Shown here piece after piece: positions 12,288-24,334 of a stretch of DNA of 58,239 bases; within the stretch, counting starts at the first letter, position 1, and every line of letters begins with the position of its first letter. The notes below the pieces were generated by a model. The model saw only the letters and a program-made list of their open reading frames with translations, was not told the DNA's origin and made no database searches. The DNA comes from Trichonephila clavata (lineage: Eukaryota), in assembly GCA_019973975.1 (NCBI GenBank), contig BMAO01019611.1:76564-134802 (forward strand), given 5' to 3'. The translations under genes were made by a program, and so were the position numbers.

Positions 12288-15200
12288 GATCGAAGTATTT
12301 TGTAAATTTAGTATCAGTTTTATTTCAGTCAGCATGACAGAAAAAGTGAAATATTTAAGGGAAATTGAAATTTCTCTAAATTGATGAATGAATCAAATAG
12401 TGAAATAGATGAAAGTTATTTTTTGGAAAAAACTGTAGAGGATCTTTGGCTATTGATATAATTGATCACAGGAATATTTGCATACTTTCATAAGGTATGA
12501 ATTTTGCTGGCATTTTTTACCATTGGTCAACTTAAATTTGATTAACTTTTAAAGTTAAAATTTCAGGTAATGTGCATCTTGTTCTTTAATTTTTTTATTG
12601 TTTTGGTTTCATAGGATCATTTTTACACCATTTGCTTTCATATGTTCGATTTTGTGTGTTTCTAGTTTGATAATGTTTTCCTTTTAGTATTTCTACATTT
12701 TAAATTTTTGTAATATAGAGAAAGGGAACTATGTACAGGGCCAGCCATGTTGGTGGTGTGGCGGATGCTGTGCGCAGGGGCCCCAGAATAATCAAAAACT
12801 AAAATGTACTCTTGCATATGAAAACTTGACAATATTCCTATCGTAAGAAATGTGAATTTTGTCGTAAACATTACTATTGTAGATCTCTGAAATTCAACAA
12901 TCTGCAAACTAATTCTTGAAATCATGCAGACTTTAACGTTTCGCACCATCACAGATGAAGCATATAATAAGAAAGGATTTTAAATTCTGAGAAACATTCC
13001 TGAACAACATTTCTTCTTATCAGGGGCGTAGCTATCACCGTATCAATGATACGGGCTCCCCTAGAGGCTCTGGACGTGTGTAAGCAAAAAGTCGTAAAAT
13101 ATTATCAATGGTCATATTAAGAGTTCCTTTTTACGTTTATAAAATAGTATGTCACTGGCATAAAACGATATAAGTTTTCGGTGTGAATTCTGAATCTCAG
13201 GAAACGCAATAAGAAAAGTTTAAAAGCTGGTAAAATTACTCAAAATAATGAGAAGACAAGGAGTGGTGTGATCTTTGAATGTAGGAAAAACTTCTCATTC
13301 AAAGTAGATCAACAGAAAGATCGTTTGAAGTGAAATACAGATAACACTTATTAGGATGGAAAAAATCCATTCTCAGAATGTCATTTGCCTGTAAATGACA
13401 ATAACCCTTTCGTCTATTGATTGATTGACTGTAATAAACGTCGCACTAAGAAGCTACAGGAATCCCTTAGTCGGAATTTTTTTCATAGATGGTCCAGTGA
13501 AGGAAAGTATTATATTATATTTATCCCGGTTCTCTTTTTTTTTTATTTCTGTAACAACTAAGAGACTGGATATGCATTCATGGTGAGCAAGGGCTGGATA
13601 ACTGCTTCCCGTTCCGATAAAAGATAGGACCATAAGCGCCTGAAGTCTTCTGTCACCCTCCAAGTCTATAGTTAATTATTTTTCAATTAGTATCAATGAG
13701 TTCTCAACGTTGGTTCTCTGGGGAGAGGGGGGAGAAGCGCGTTAAAGAAGAATTTCGGCACATTGGACAAAGCACGATCAAGATTTATGACTGGCTTAAG
13801 GACGAATGAAAAGAATGGGACAGAATGACCCTGAGAAAAAGACCCCTTTTCGAAGTAAACTGAGGAAATTTTGCATCAATTTGACTTCCGAACTAATTTC
13901 TTTTAGCTTCCTGCGCTTATACAGACAAATCGGAGAACCGTGTTTAAACAACAAAAAAAGGTAACTATATTTTCATTTTCAAATTCTCTTTTAGATTTTT
14001 AAGATTTAATGCGCAGGTATTTTAATCAGTGCGTAAGATAAAGTGAAAAAAATATTTTGTTGCATTTGTGTCATTACTATTTTATTTATTTATTTATTTT
14101 TCGATTTACATACATAAATATAAATAACTGCCATCAGTTTCTTAGAACATTTTTATGATTATTAATATATTTAAATGTGTTTTCGTAGCTTGAATCTTAA
14201 AACATTTTCGATTGGCATTGTTATTCAAATGAAAAAATATTATTTGCCTCTCTTATAAAAATAATTTCTTGAGTCAGTTATAAAAAGCGATAATAGTTCA
14301 TTTAAAATACAAAACATTAATGAGATTTTGAGTACATTCATTAATTATTTACCATACTTAAAAGAATCCTAACAATAACTCGAAATTGAAATAAAACGTT
14401 ATTATATTTATTGTGATTTTTTGTTTGTAATCCTAACGTATTACGATAATTTTGTTTAGTAATATATGAGCCAATCTATAATTTCTAAATATTTCATTAA
14501 AATTGTTTCAAACTGTTAAAAGAATTTTCAAAGAAAGAAAGTATATTAAGTTTACTTAAAAATACACTTTTCTTTCTTTTTATTGAGCGACGTGAAATAA
14601 ACACATAATTTTTCTAATATACTTTAAAACTGCTAAGAGAACCATTATTTTGTAAGATTAAATTTGAAAAGCATAAATTCTTTTTGTCTTTTTTGTATTT
14701 ATTGTCATTTTAAGAGTGATTTGCTCACGATACTTTTTTGATTAAGATCTTTTGTCCAGACAACTTGAAGGGATATTCAGTGCAATCTAATAATTAAATA
14801 TATGTGTATAACTAATTATAAAAATACATAAAAATCGTATAATTATTTTAAAATGCATAATTTCTTTAAAATATTGTATAACATTCTGTATGCTTCTAAT
14901 AAAGTTAATCAAAATTCTGATCTATAACTATATTTAAAATCTTTAAAAAAGGCAACAATGCCAATACTATAGCAGAAATTTCTTTAAAAAAGCATTTAAT
15001 GAAATGTTTATTTTTACAGAACAATTATAAATGTTGAAAAATATAGGTACTATATTTATAGGTAATTGCTCCTAGTTTAAAACTATTTAAAGTGGTTGCA
15101 AAATGTATTACAGAAATAAAAATATGATAAACTCAATTTATAAAGTAGATAAGAGAGAGAGAGAGAGTGATTTCAAACAAAATAGAAATGTGAAAAGTTA

Positions 15201-15873
15201 TTCAATATGTTGTAAGATTGCTTAATTTTGAGAAATGGAACTTTGAATGTAGATATAAATTTACTTGAAAAATTGTAGATTTCTTTTGTGATATTGTGGC
15301 ATTTGTGTATGTCAAACAGTTTTGAGTTATCTCAGAAATTTCAAGTTATTTTGGAAATGTTTTATTGTTCTGTTTAGTCACAAAGTATTAAGATTTTTGA
15401 AAAAACAAACAAGTATAGTAATAATACTAAACTAGAATGTGTAAAAAATATTTGTATTCAGTTAATGTTTTATTAACTTATATTTGGAAACTTTAAAAGG
15501 AAACTTTACAAATCAAGAGTATTATAATTGTTTTTCCAGTTTTTAAAAGAAAACCTTAGAATTTTGGAATGCTTACTTTTGGTTGAGACATTTTAATAAT
15601 TTTGATTATAAGTAATCCGGAAGCTAAGCTATGTTTTGTTCTAGAAATTAAACTATGATTTCTGTAAAGAATAAAAAAATTAAACAAAATATGTGTGTAT
15701 TAAATCGGAAATTTCATACTTCTATCACACAGAAAATTTGAAAATAGATAAAATGTAATTTTATGAGAGTTTGGGGGGGGGGGGATTTAATGCTCTTTAG
15801 AAATTTTAGCTAAATTTGGACTGGATATTAAAAATTGCAGAGGGGGGGGGCAATCATTTGATAATGCTCTAAT

Positions 15874-17300
15874 ATGTCCGGGCGGTACTCAGATCTACAG
15901 GCACGTATTAAAGAACACAGTTCAAGCGCAGTTTATATTCCTTGTGACAGTCGTTCTTTAAATTTAGTAGGAAATTTAGCAGCAGAAAGTTGTAGCGATG
16001 CAATTAAATGTGTTTTATGCTTGTACACACAGAAATTATTCTATTTTTTTCTGTGTCAATCCATCGCTTGCGAATTTTAAATAAAAATCTGGAAAGAAGT
16101 AAACATGCAATATCTGTGAAAAAAATTTCAGATACACGATAGTCAGCAAGAGCAGATGCCGTACGAGCTATAAGACTTGGTTATACACACATAAAAGAGG
16201 TCTTGGCTGAAATCCGTGATACAAATGAGGAGATCACAATACTGGAGACAACTTCTCTTTTGATACATGGTAGAATGGTCATTGGGGCACATGATCTCTG
16301 ATGAGGTCTTCATCCCCTATCTTGAATTTGAGGGAGCATTAAAAATTACACTTGCCATGTTTAGTGGAAGGTGGGGAAAAGTATGAAAAGTTTAAAAGTT
16401 AAAAATTTAAAAATAAAATTAAAATTAAGAAAGTATATTAGATTGCGACCTGAAATAATAATAATATAAGGAAAAATTTCTGGAGCTATTTTTGTTTGCG
16501 TTGGGGTGTTTGGTAAAAGAGTGGAATACTGAGTCGACCGCGGCTAACTCCGTTGCCGGAGGCTAGCTTACGGCCAACTTAATCATTGGGTACTTTTGAA
16601 ACACATGGAAAAGTATGAAACTTCCCTAATGACCGTGATTTGGGATACCATACTCCAGAGGGTGAGTGCTACTAGCAAAGCATTACAATCAGTTGGGTGT
16701 GAGCTATTAAAAGGATCTAATCTACTGAAATATTTAGAAAATTATATACAAAATTTCAGAAATGAATTTGGAAAAGTAGAATAAGAAGCAACTGCTTTAC
16801 AGGACTCTCATTTGAAAAGGAAGTTGGACAAGCTTGCAGGCAGCGAAAGAGAAAAAATATTTTCGGTGAAACTAAAGAAGGTCATGAATTTGAAAATAGG
16901 AAAAATTTCTTGTTCAACTCATTCTATGTCATATGCTATAGGACAAGTGCTGAACTATCCCGAAGAGCTGGAACTTATAAAACTGTTATAGAATACTTTT
17001 TTGTATTTTTTGAAGAAAGGTTTTCTGAAATTAGCAAGAAAGCTGTACAAAAATTAAAGGATATTTACAAAGACGATATTGAATCGCTTAATTTTGACGA
17101 TGAATTGGATCAGTTTTTGCTATTTTTAAAAGAAAACAAAGATACTATGAACACTCCAATAGAAATTTATTGAGTTGCAAAAGAAATGGTCTCGACTTTC
17201 CCTAATGTCGATATACTTTTTAAAATATTTTTAACTATACCGATATCAAATACATCTAGTGAGAGATCTTTTTCGGTTTTAAAGCGCGTTAAAAATTATT
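15874..17300 (+). pseudogene. Decayed hAT transposase (ZMYM1-like / DUF4371 + hAT C-terminal dimerisation domain), fragmented over three frames
   Basis: MSGRYSDLQARIKEHSSSAVYIPCDSRSLNLVGNLAAESC (DUF4371 C-end). …ARAIRLGYTHIKEVLAEIRD…. …FPNVDILFKIFLTIPISNTSSERSFSVLKRVKNYLRSS (hAT dimerisation). The N-terminal half is missing. Confidence 0.7.
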
Positions 17301-19079
17301 TAAGAAGTAGTACAGCATGTACTGAAGTACAGAAGTACTGAACAGCATGGCCATTTTATACATAGAACAAGGTGTTTTGGACCAAATAGATACTGCAAAA
17401 ATAATCGATGAATTTGCCCAAGAAAAATCAAGACGTAAAGCTATATAGCAAAATTTTAAACTTTTAAGTTAGGTGTTTTCTTTTTAATTCTTTAAAATAA
17501 AGTTAAAAGTTTTTTTTGAGCCGTTAATTTTTTTTTAGTTATACATTTTATTTTGAGAATTTAAGGTCAGCGAATTTTTTTGACTCTTCAGCCCAGGGGG
17601 CCCCAAACCTTTTACCGCCAGGGGCCTCCAACTAGCTTAATCCGCCTCTGTCTGTGATAGGTTTATACCACAGTTAAACTCTGAAAAACAAATGTTCTGT
17701 AATAGATACCACACAAATATATTACAATTATTTATTTGTAAAAGAATTATGCCTCTTTAAAATGCCTTTTTTTAAAATTTTGATCATGTAAGAGTGAGCA
17801 GGACTTTTATATTCCATAAATGGGCATAAACAAATTCTACTATACACAGATTTTAATTAAAAATTTTAATACCTTAATTTATAATCACATATTTGGAATT
17901 CAATTCTCGATAAATCATATCTTTTACCTAAAATAGCGCAGGGAGTAGGCTTTCAAAATGTTGCATAATTTTTTTACATGTAATTTTACATATGTTAAAT
18001 GATAATTTTGACTTCTAATGCTAAAAAATGGTACTTGATTCATCATCAAGTGTAAACATTAATGAAGCTGTAGTAAATTAAAATATTTTTCCATTTTTAT
18101 AGTGAATGCTTCTTGAAAATGTTTTTTCTTTTTCCCTGTAATATTCTAAAATTATTAAGTAAAACAAATTTTTGATTTATATGTATGTATACTTGTTTTT
18201 GATACGACATATATGGTTACATATCAGATTTTTGCGTCCTAATTTTTTAGATAATTAAATACTGAAGTACCTCTCCTTAATTTCTGTGAAGATGTGTAAA
18301 ATAAGTAAAATTTAGATTAACCAAACATATGTTCTATTGTTTATGTGTTGGACATACCTGTCCTTAATTTTACCAAAAACATATCAATGGGTTGCAAAAT
18401 ATTATTTTGGGTGGACATTAAGGTATTTTCAATATTTAAAACATTGAATACACTAAAAAAATCTCTTGCAATGAAACCCTCTGTTAAAGTTTTCATATGC
18501 AAATCACTTACTGTTATTTGCAATGAATTTATTTTTCTGTATAATATCCTTCTGCTTCTATTTTGTTTTGTAAAAGGCAAGCTTATCCAGGAAGGAATGG
18601 AAAAAGCTGGCTAACGTAACGTTCGCTTTTCCTGTATTAAAAGAATTTTTAAAATTTTTTTACATAATTATGCATGTATATGTAACTACTCATTAATTTT
18701 AAGCTTATAAGGACGTAAAATAAAAATTACATGAAATTTAAAATGTAGTATAGTAAAATTGATAAGTAGAAATTTTCTTTTATCATAACTGTTTTTTTAA
18801 TATTGGGAAAAGTTAATGCAATCAGTGTTTTAAGAATATAGATAGATACTTGCTTCTCAATTTCTATATGATCACGCTCAGTACTGAACTGATTTATTCC
18901 CTGATTTCTGAAAAAATAATGAAATATGAATCCCACAAATTATTAAAATATATTGTACGTTCTTCACTATAAAGCATTATACATTTATGGATGCATATTT
19001 TTTAAAGTACATATGAACTTTGTTCATTTACTTGTATTTGTAAGTGTATTGTTCTGAAAATTACAAAGCAATGACTTTT

Positions 19080-19300
19080 GTGGGCCAATTCAGTTTCAAA
19101 TTTTTATATATCATGCTTGTTAAATTAGTGAAAATAATTATACAAAGGGATAAAAGAAAAAAATGTAGGTGAGATCAACTGCATATTTACTCATCAGTTT
19201 AAAACAATTAAAATTGGTCACAGAAGTAGTACCCTGGTTTGTTTTTTCGTGTCTGCAAAATTGAAATGCTTTGAAGTCGACACAATTTATCAACATTTAG
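19080..19300. repeat. Dispersed short repeat family. Partial copies lie at 19500-19570 and 21240-21370.
   Basis: TTCAGTTTCAAATTTTT(A/C)T…TTGT(T/A)AAATT(A/G)T(G/C)GAAAATAAT shared by 19088 and 19508. TCACAGAAGT(A/G)(G/A)TACCCTG(G/A)T…TTTGCAAAATT(G/A)AAA…GAAATGCT shared by 19218 and 21308. Confidence 0.55.
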
Positions 19301-19819
19301 TACAATAAAAATTCTAATGACTGCAGCATAGAAAATTTATAATGTATTAACGTTATAAACACAGTTAGGAAATGAAACGAACAAAGTTATGAAGATATTT
19401 CTATAAATTAAAAAGTATTCTGTATTGCTACTAAATGGATGGCAAAATTTAAGATTGAGATTTTATTTCAATAAAATTTAACAGAACAAATTTCTTTATT
19501 AAGACAGTTCAGTTTCAAATTTTTCTCTATAGTACTTGTAAAATTGTCGAAAATAATCTTAAAGTAACAAAAACAAGTAATATAAAAAAATAAGTCAATT
19601 CCTTCTTAGGTAAGAAAATTTTTGTTTTATATATATAGTTGCTTTTTATCAAATAGTTGCAATTAATATAAATATGCGTATACATATGACAGAATCAAAA
19701 CATTATGTGGCAATTAATTTTTATTAATTATCATTAAAGTTTTGCATTGGTATCCAAAACAATTGTGTATATAAAATTTCAGTTCAACTTCATGTTTTAA
19801 AACATGAGAAATAAATTAA

Positions 19820-20210
19820 AAGTAAAAAACTTTTTTAAAAACAAGCTTTTATTTAAAAGCGCTAAAAAGAATAAAATAAACTTTTCCTTTAAAACTTTTT
19901 TTACTATCAACTTATAACGTCATTACACAATTTATATGATATAAAAGCTTGTCGCGAGGTTTATCTGTGTAAATAAACAAGTAAAATAAATAACTTGACC
20001 TGACTGATTTTAATTTTTTAAAATTCAAACTAAGTAAATACGAGTACTTAAATCTCGTGTGACAAGCTTTTATATCATATAAATTGTGTAACGACGTTAT
20101 AAGTTGATAGTAAAAAAAGTTTTAAAGGAAAAGTTTATTTTATTCTTTTTAGCGCTTTTAAATAAAAGCTTGTTTTTAAAAAAGTTTTTTTACTTTTTAG
20201 TTATCGCTGG
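19820..20210. repeat. Large near-perfect inverted repeat (hairpin/foldback). Arms are ~19820-19953 and ~20061-20210, with a ~107-bp spacer.
   Basis: Arm 1 …CTTTTATTTAAAAGCGCTAAAAAGAATAAAATAAACTTTTCC…ATATGATATAAAAGCTTGTC is the exact reverse complement of arm 2 GACAAGCTTTTATATCATAT…GCGCTTTTAAATAAAAGC…. Confidence 0.85.
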
Positions 20211-20782
20211 ACAGGCTTCTCAGCCTGTTCAACTCATTCAACGTTAGTTCGCCATCCCTGGTTTAGCTGAATCAGTTCTCGCAAAAAGGGTATTAGACGA
20301 AAAACACAATCTTTTTAAATCCGTAATTTTTAAGCAATATTTTCAATCTTCGTGCAGATCTTGGGTAATATTGTTCTACATACGAAAAAAAGGTTTCGTG
20401 AGATTATCTTCATAAATGACGAAGTTATTCAATGTTTAAAATTTTGACTATTTTTTGAAAAATCTTAAAGAATATATTATTTATTTGGAATATTTTGAAG
20501 GTAAGGGATATATTTCTCTAACATCTTCGAAGAAAAATCTAGTTATTTATTAAAAAACTTCAAAAGGTATTTAAAGATTTGTATTAATCAATAAAATGCT
20601 TAAAATTCAAAACGCATGTTGTAATCAAAAAAGCAAGTTTTATCAACTAATGATAATTTTTTGTTGGACATCGAATATCTTCTACGTAAGAATCTATTTT
20701 TTTAGTTGCTCATGTCATCTTTAGAAACTTGATTTTGAAAAAATAATTAACCATCGCATTATTTTTATACAGTCAGACCTCC

Positions 20783-20975
20783 ATGTATAACGAATGTATG
20801 TATGTATGTATGTATGTATGTATGTATGTATGTATGTATGTATGTACGTACGTACGTACGTACGTACATACATACGTACATACATACGTACATACATACG
20901 TACGTATATACGTACGTACATACATACATACACACACACACATACATACATACATACATACACACACACATACAG
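20783..20975. repeat. Compound tetranucleotide microsatellite (ATGT)n-(ACGT)n-(ATAC)n-(AC)n
   Basis: Read directly: tatgtatgtatg… tacgtacgtacg… catacataca… acacacac. Confidence 0.95.
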
Positions 20976-22079
20976 TGTAAGTTAAATAAAAGCTTGTAAA
21001 AACCTTTACAATTTTGGACACAAGTCGCCAAAAATTATGCCAACATGGATGTATTTATAATTCTTAGAATAATTAGTTTTAATCAATTAATTTTTATTAA
21101 TTAAAATTAAATTTCTGTATCGTCATGCAAAATAATCATGTTTTTAAATTTCAGCTCCTTCGAGCGCTTTAAAAATGTATTTTACCAACGATTGAAAATT
21201 TGAATAAGATGAATAAATATGGAGAGAGTGTAAACTAATAGTAGGAATTGAAAAAAAAAAGGTAATCAACTACATACTTAACAAATTCAGAGCATTCATA
21301 ATAGATCACAGAAGTGATACCCTGATCTGTGTATGTTTGCAAAATTAAAAATCTTCGAATTCGAAATGCTAAGAAAATATTTCAGACTCTTTTTAAAACT
21401 TTAAATATCGTCAGAGCGTATTTGATAAAAACAAAAAAATATTGAAATTGAAGTAATTAAAAAGTGGTCTTTTTTTTAAAATTTCTTTGAAAGAAATTTC
21501 TTTTGGAACATCTTTTAATTTATGTGATACTGAAGATTTATTTCTTCTCTTGAAAATTCTTTGGGTGGATGGTGGTTTGGAAAAATAAAAAACTATCTAT
21601 TCTTTAGTGGAAACCGAAAAAAGCTTTCTTACCTGCAGGCAAATTTTTCTTTTGCATTGTAGCAATTTAATATTAATTTAATTTATAGCAATTTAACCGC
21701 TACAGTATTTTATTTCTTACATCATAGTAGATGCAAATCCGAAAATTCCGCCAAAATACTCAGTCGAATCAAACACGTGGCTATTTGTTTTGTATATCAT
21801 CACGTGATTATGACGTCAGGTGTATCGAGTCCATTTTATTATAGATATTTCCTAACGATAATATTTTGTCGAGATATATATTTGTTATAAATAAGGAATT
21901 AATAATTGGTGTAAATTATTATTTGAAAGTGATTTAAAATTTCCAATTAAAAAATTGGATAATTATAAGACATTAAAGTTAAGATATATTTTTTATCACA
22001 CGTAGTTACTGCAGTGAATCCCAACAATTTATTTACTGAAAGATAATATGAGCATATTTTTATTGATAAAAAGAACAAA

Positions 22080-22620
22080 AAATAATTCAGTAATTCATTC
22101 GCAAGCGATATCCGAAGACAAAGTAAAGCGATTTTAATGCAATAAATACGTCAGCGAAAGCAGAGTAATGCTTTATAGACAATAAATACGTCAGTTTTCT
22201 AAATGAAGACGGTATCTGTAGACAAAATAAAGCTATGTGCCAGTATCCTCAGTAAGTACAGTTTCCTGATACAGGGTAAAGCTGTGCGTCAGTATCTGTA
22301 ATGAACGATGGTGTCCAAAGACAGGGTAAATGTATACGGCTACAATATAAACGTGAGCTTCAAAAGCGAGGACAGTTTTCAAGACAGGGTAATGCTACGA
22401 GTCAGCCTCCTAAATAAGGGCTCTCTCCAAAGGCAGGGTAATGCTATGAGTCAGCATCCTAAATGAGGACGGTCTCCAAAGAAACGGCAAAGCTTTGAGT
22501 CAACATCCTAAATGAGGATGATCTCCAAAGACGGGGTAAAAGTAAATTGACACAATAAAAACGTGAGCTTCTAAGGCGACGGTGGTTTCCTAAGACAAGG
22601 TAAGGCTATATTAATATAAT
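22080..22620. repeat. Minisatellite, ~10 degenerate units of ~49-55 bp (…AGTCAGCATCCTAAATGAGGACGGTCTCCAAAGAAACGGCAAAGCTTTG…)
   Basis: Successive units AGTCAGCCTCCTAAATAAGGGCTCTCTCCAAAGGCAGGGTAATGCTATG / AGTCAGCATCCTAAATGAGGACGGTCTCCAAAGAAACGGCAAAGCTTTG / AGTCAACATCCTAAATGAGGATGATCTCCAAAGACGGGGTAAAAG…. Confidence 0.8.
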
Positions 22621-24334
22621 GAAAACTTCAGATTCTACCGTTTTTACGCAGAAAGGCTTTAATGATATAATCGATTCGCTATCGTACAGTATTTGAACTT
22701 GTTTTTAGTTATTTTTAGACAGTTTTAAATGAAAAAAAAAGCTTTTGATGTATCTCAGTAGTGGTATATTTTATTATTTTATCAACATGTTTTTAAATAA
22801 AAGTAATTGAGCTATTGAAGGCTGTATATGACGTAAACTTTATCTAATTAAACAGGAACAAAATATATTTAATTCCGTACAATCAGAAGTCACTTCAATT
22901 CTCCAAGCCTTTAAGGTTCCCATGGATACTTGAGATAATAATATACCAAAATCTAGTCTTCGCTCTTTTTGTCAATTTGATTTTTTTAAGGGATTGAATT
23001 TCTTTTTTCGTACCTAGTTAAGATTTTACTTATATTTCGCCCAGTGGTAAATGTGAAAAATCTGGTAAAGACTCAGCGACTTTTTCTCAAAAAGGTAATA
23101 AATTGCGTGGTGAATTCCAACTCTGTCATGCAGAATTCTTTTTTTTAATGGTAGTAAATAGCCAATTTCTGCAGTTTTATTTCTAATAAATGATTTCCTA
23201 ATTTTTTTCACTTTTCATAATGAAGTAGCTTTTTTAGTATTTAATTCTTCTTTCAGCCTCAAATGATTTGTTTATTTATTTTTAATTTTTTATGCTTTCG
23301 CTTATTTTAATTTCTTTTTCTACAATAATTTTGAAATTCTTCCCATTCAATTTCCCTCTTCACTTTTTTGCGCCGTTTTACTTGGAAAATAAAGGGAATT
23401 TCTTCTTATTCCACTTTTTAAATCGTTTTAAATTGTTGTAATTCTACAGTTCTCAGTTGTTTCATCACGTTTCAGTAATACTTTTTATTCTTCATATTTC
23501 GCGAGGTGGCCATCTTGAATAAAATCTACATTCCATCTATAGCCTGTTGGGCGCGATTTTAATCAAGCCTAAAGCTATAACAGAATACAAAAAAATAGCA
23601 TAGATTTAGAAGAATTAAATATTGCATTTAAAAAGAAACGTGTGCACTTGAAATGAATGAAAGATCTAATATAACTACTATATTTAGATGACCAGAACAC
23701 GGTAGTTGCGTTCAAAATCGTAGCAAAAGAGTTTTACTTACGTAGATGCCACCCTATGAATACGAATAAGTACGAATCTATATGTTGTCTTGCAGTTCCG
23801 TTACGTTTCTTGTTCCGCTAAGCTCCATAGTCTTTCGGGTCCATACGTATTAGACCATATTTTTGGTAATACTTCACAGCGTTCACATTCGAAGAAAATA
23901 AGTTCCCAATTTTAATAATTTTTCGCAACGGAATAAGAAAAGAATAAAACAAAAGAATTAACCAATTAAAATAATTTTATCTTCGATCCAGGTTATAGTG
24001 TTTGAACATGTGCGAGAAAAGTACAAACAATAAAAGAAGAGTAAATTTCGAGCATGCGCTAGCAAAATTAGTGCGTTTGAATAAGCGAAGGAATGGTATT
24101 CCTTTATTGGTGGCAGATCGAGCGAATTGGCGACGTTATTTGATTCGATGTTACAATTACTTTATAGGTATTTTACTATCCATACATAATATGTATCTCA
24201 ATCATCACCATAGATATTTATCAATTTATTAATATATTTGTTGGTTTTTTGCATCAAAATTTCAATTATTTTTTTGAGCAAAACATTTTTTTAAAAATTA
24301 AATTTGGGCGACACGGTTTGCGCTAGTTTTTTTT

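Larger units (their letters stand above)
11679..17650 (+). mobile_element. Non-autonomous hAT-superfamily DNA transposon (~5.97 kb) with a perfect 8-bp TSD
   Basis: Left terminus TAGAGGCGGATTAAGC at 11679. The right terminus is the reverse complement, CAGAGGCGGATTAAGC, ending at 17650. A perfect 8-bp direct repeat TCTGTGAT flanks it at 11671-11678 and 17651-17658. Internally it has GGGGCCCC-rich subterminal sequence and a decayed ZMYM1-like hAT transposase at 15874-17300. Confidence 0.7.

Noticed and set aside
20721-21031. Six overlapping ORFs (MYVCMYVC…, HTYIHTYI…)
   Set aside because: Translation of a tetranucleotide microsatellite, not genes.
22080-22620. CRISPR array (regular repeats)
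   Set aside because: Eukaryotic AT-rich context. The units are ~49 bp, contiguous and mutually diverged with no unique spacers. It is a minisatellite.
24002-24232. ORF MNMCEKSTNNKRRVNFEHALAKLVRLNKRR… as a mariner N-terminus
   Set aside because: It is basic, but lacks the paired-like HTH pattern of Tc1/mariner transposases. It lies outside the Tc1 TIR, so there is insufficient evidence.
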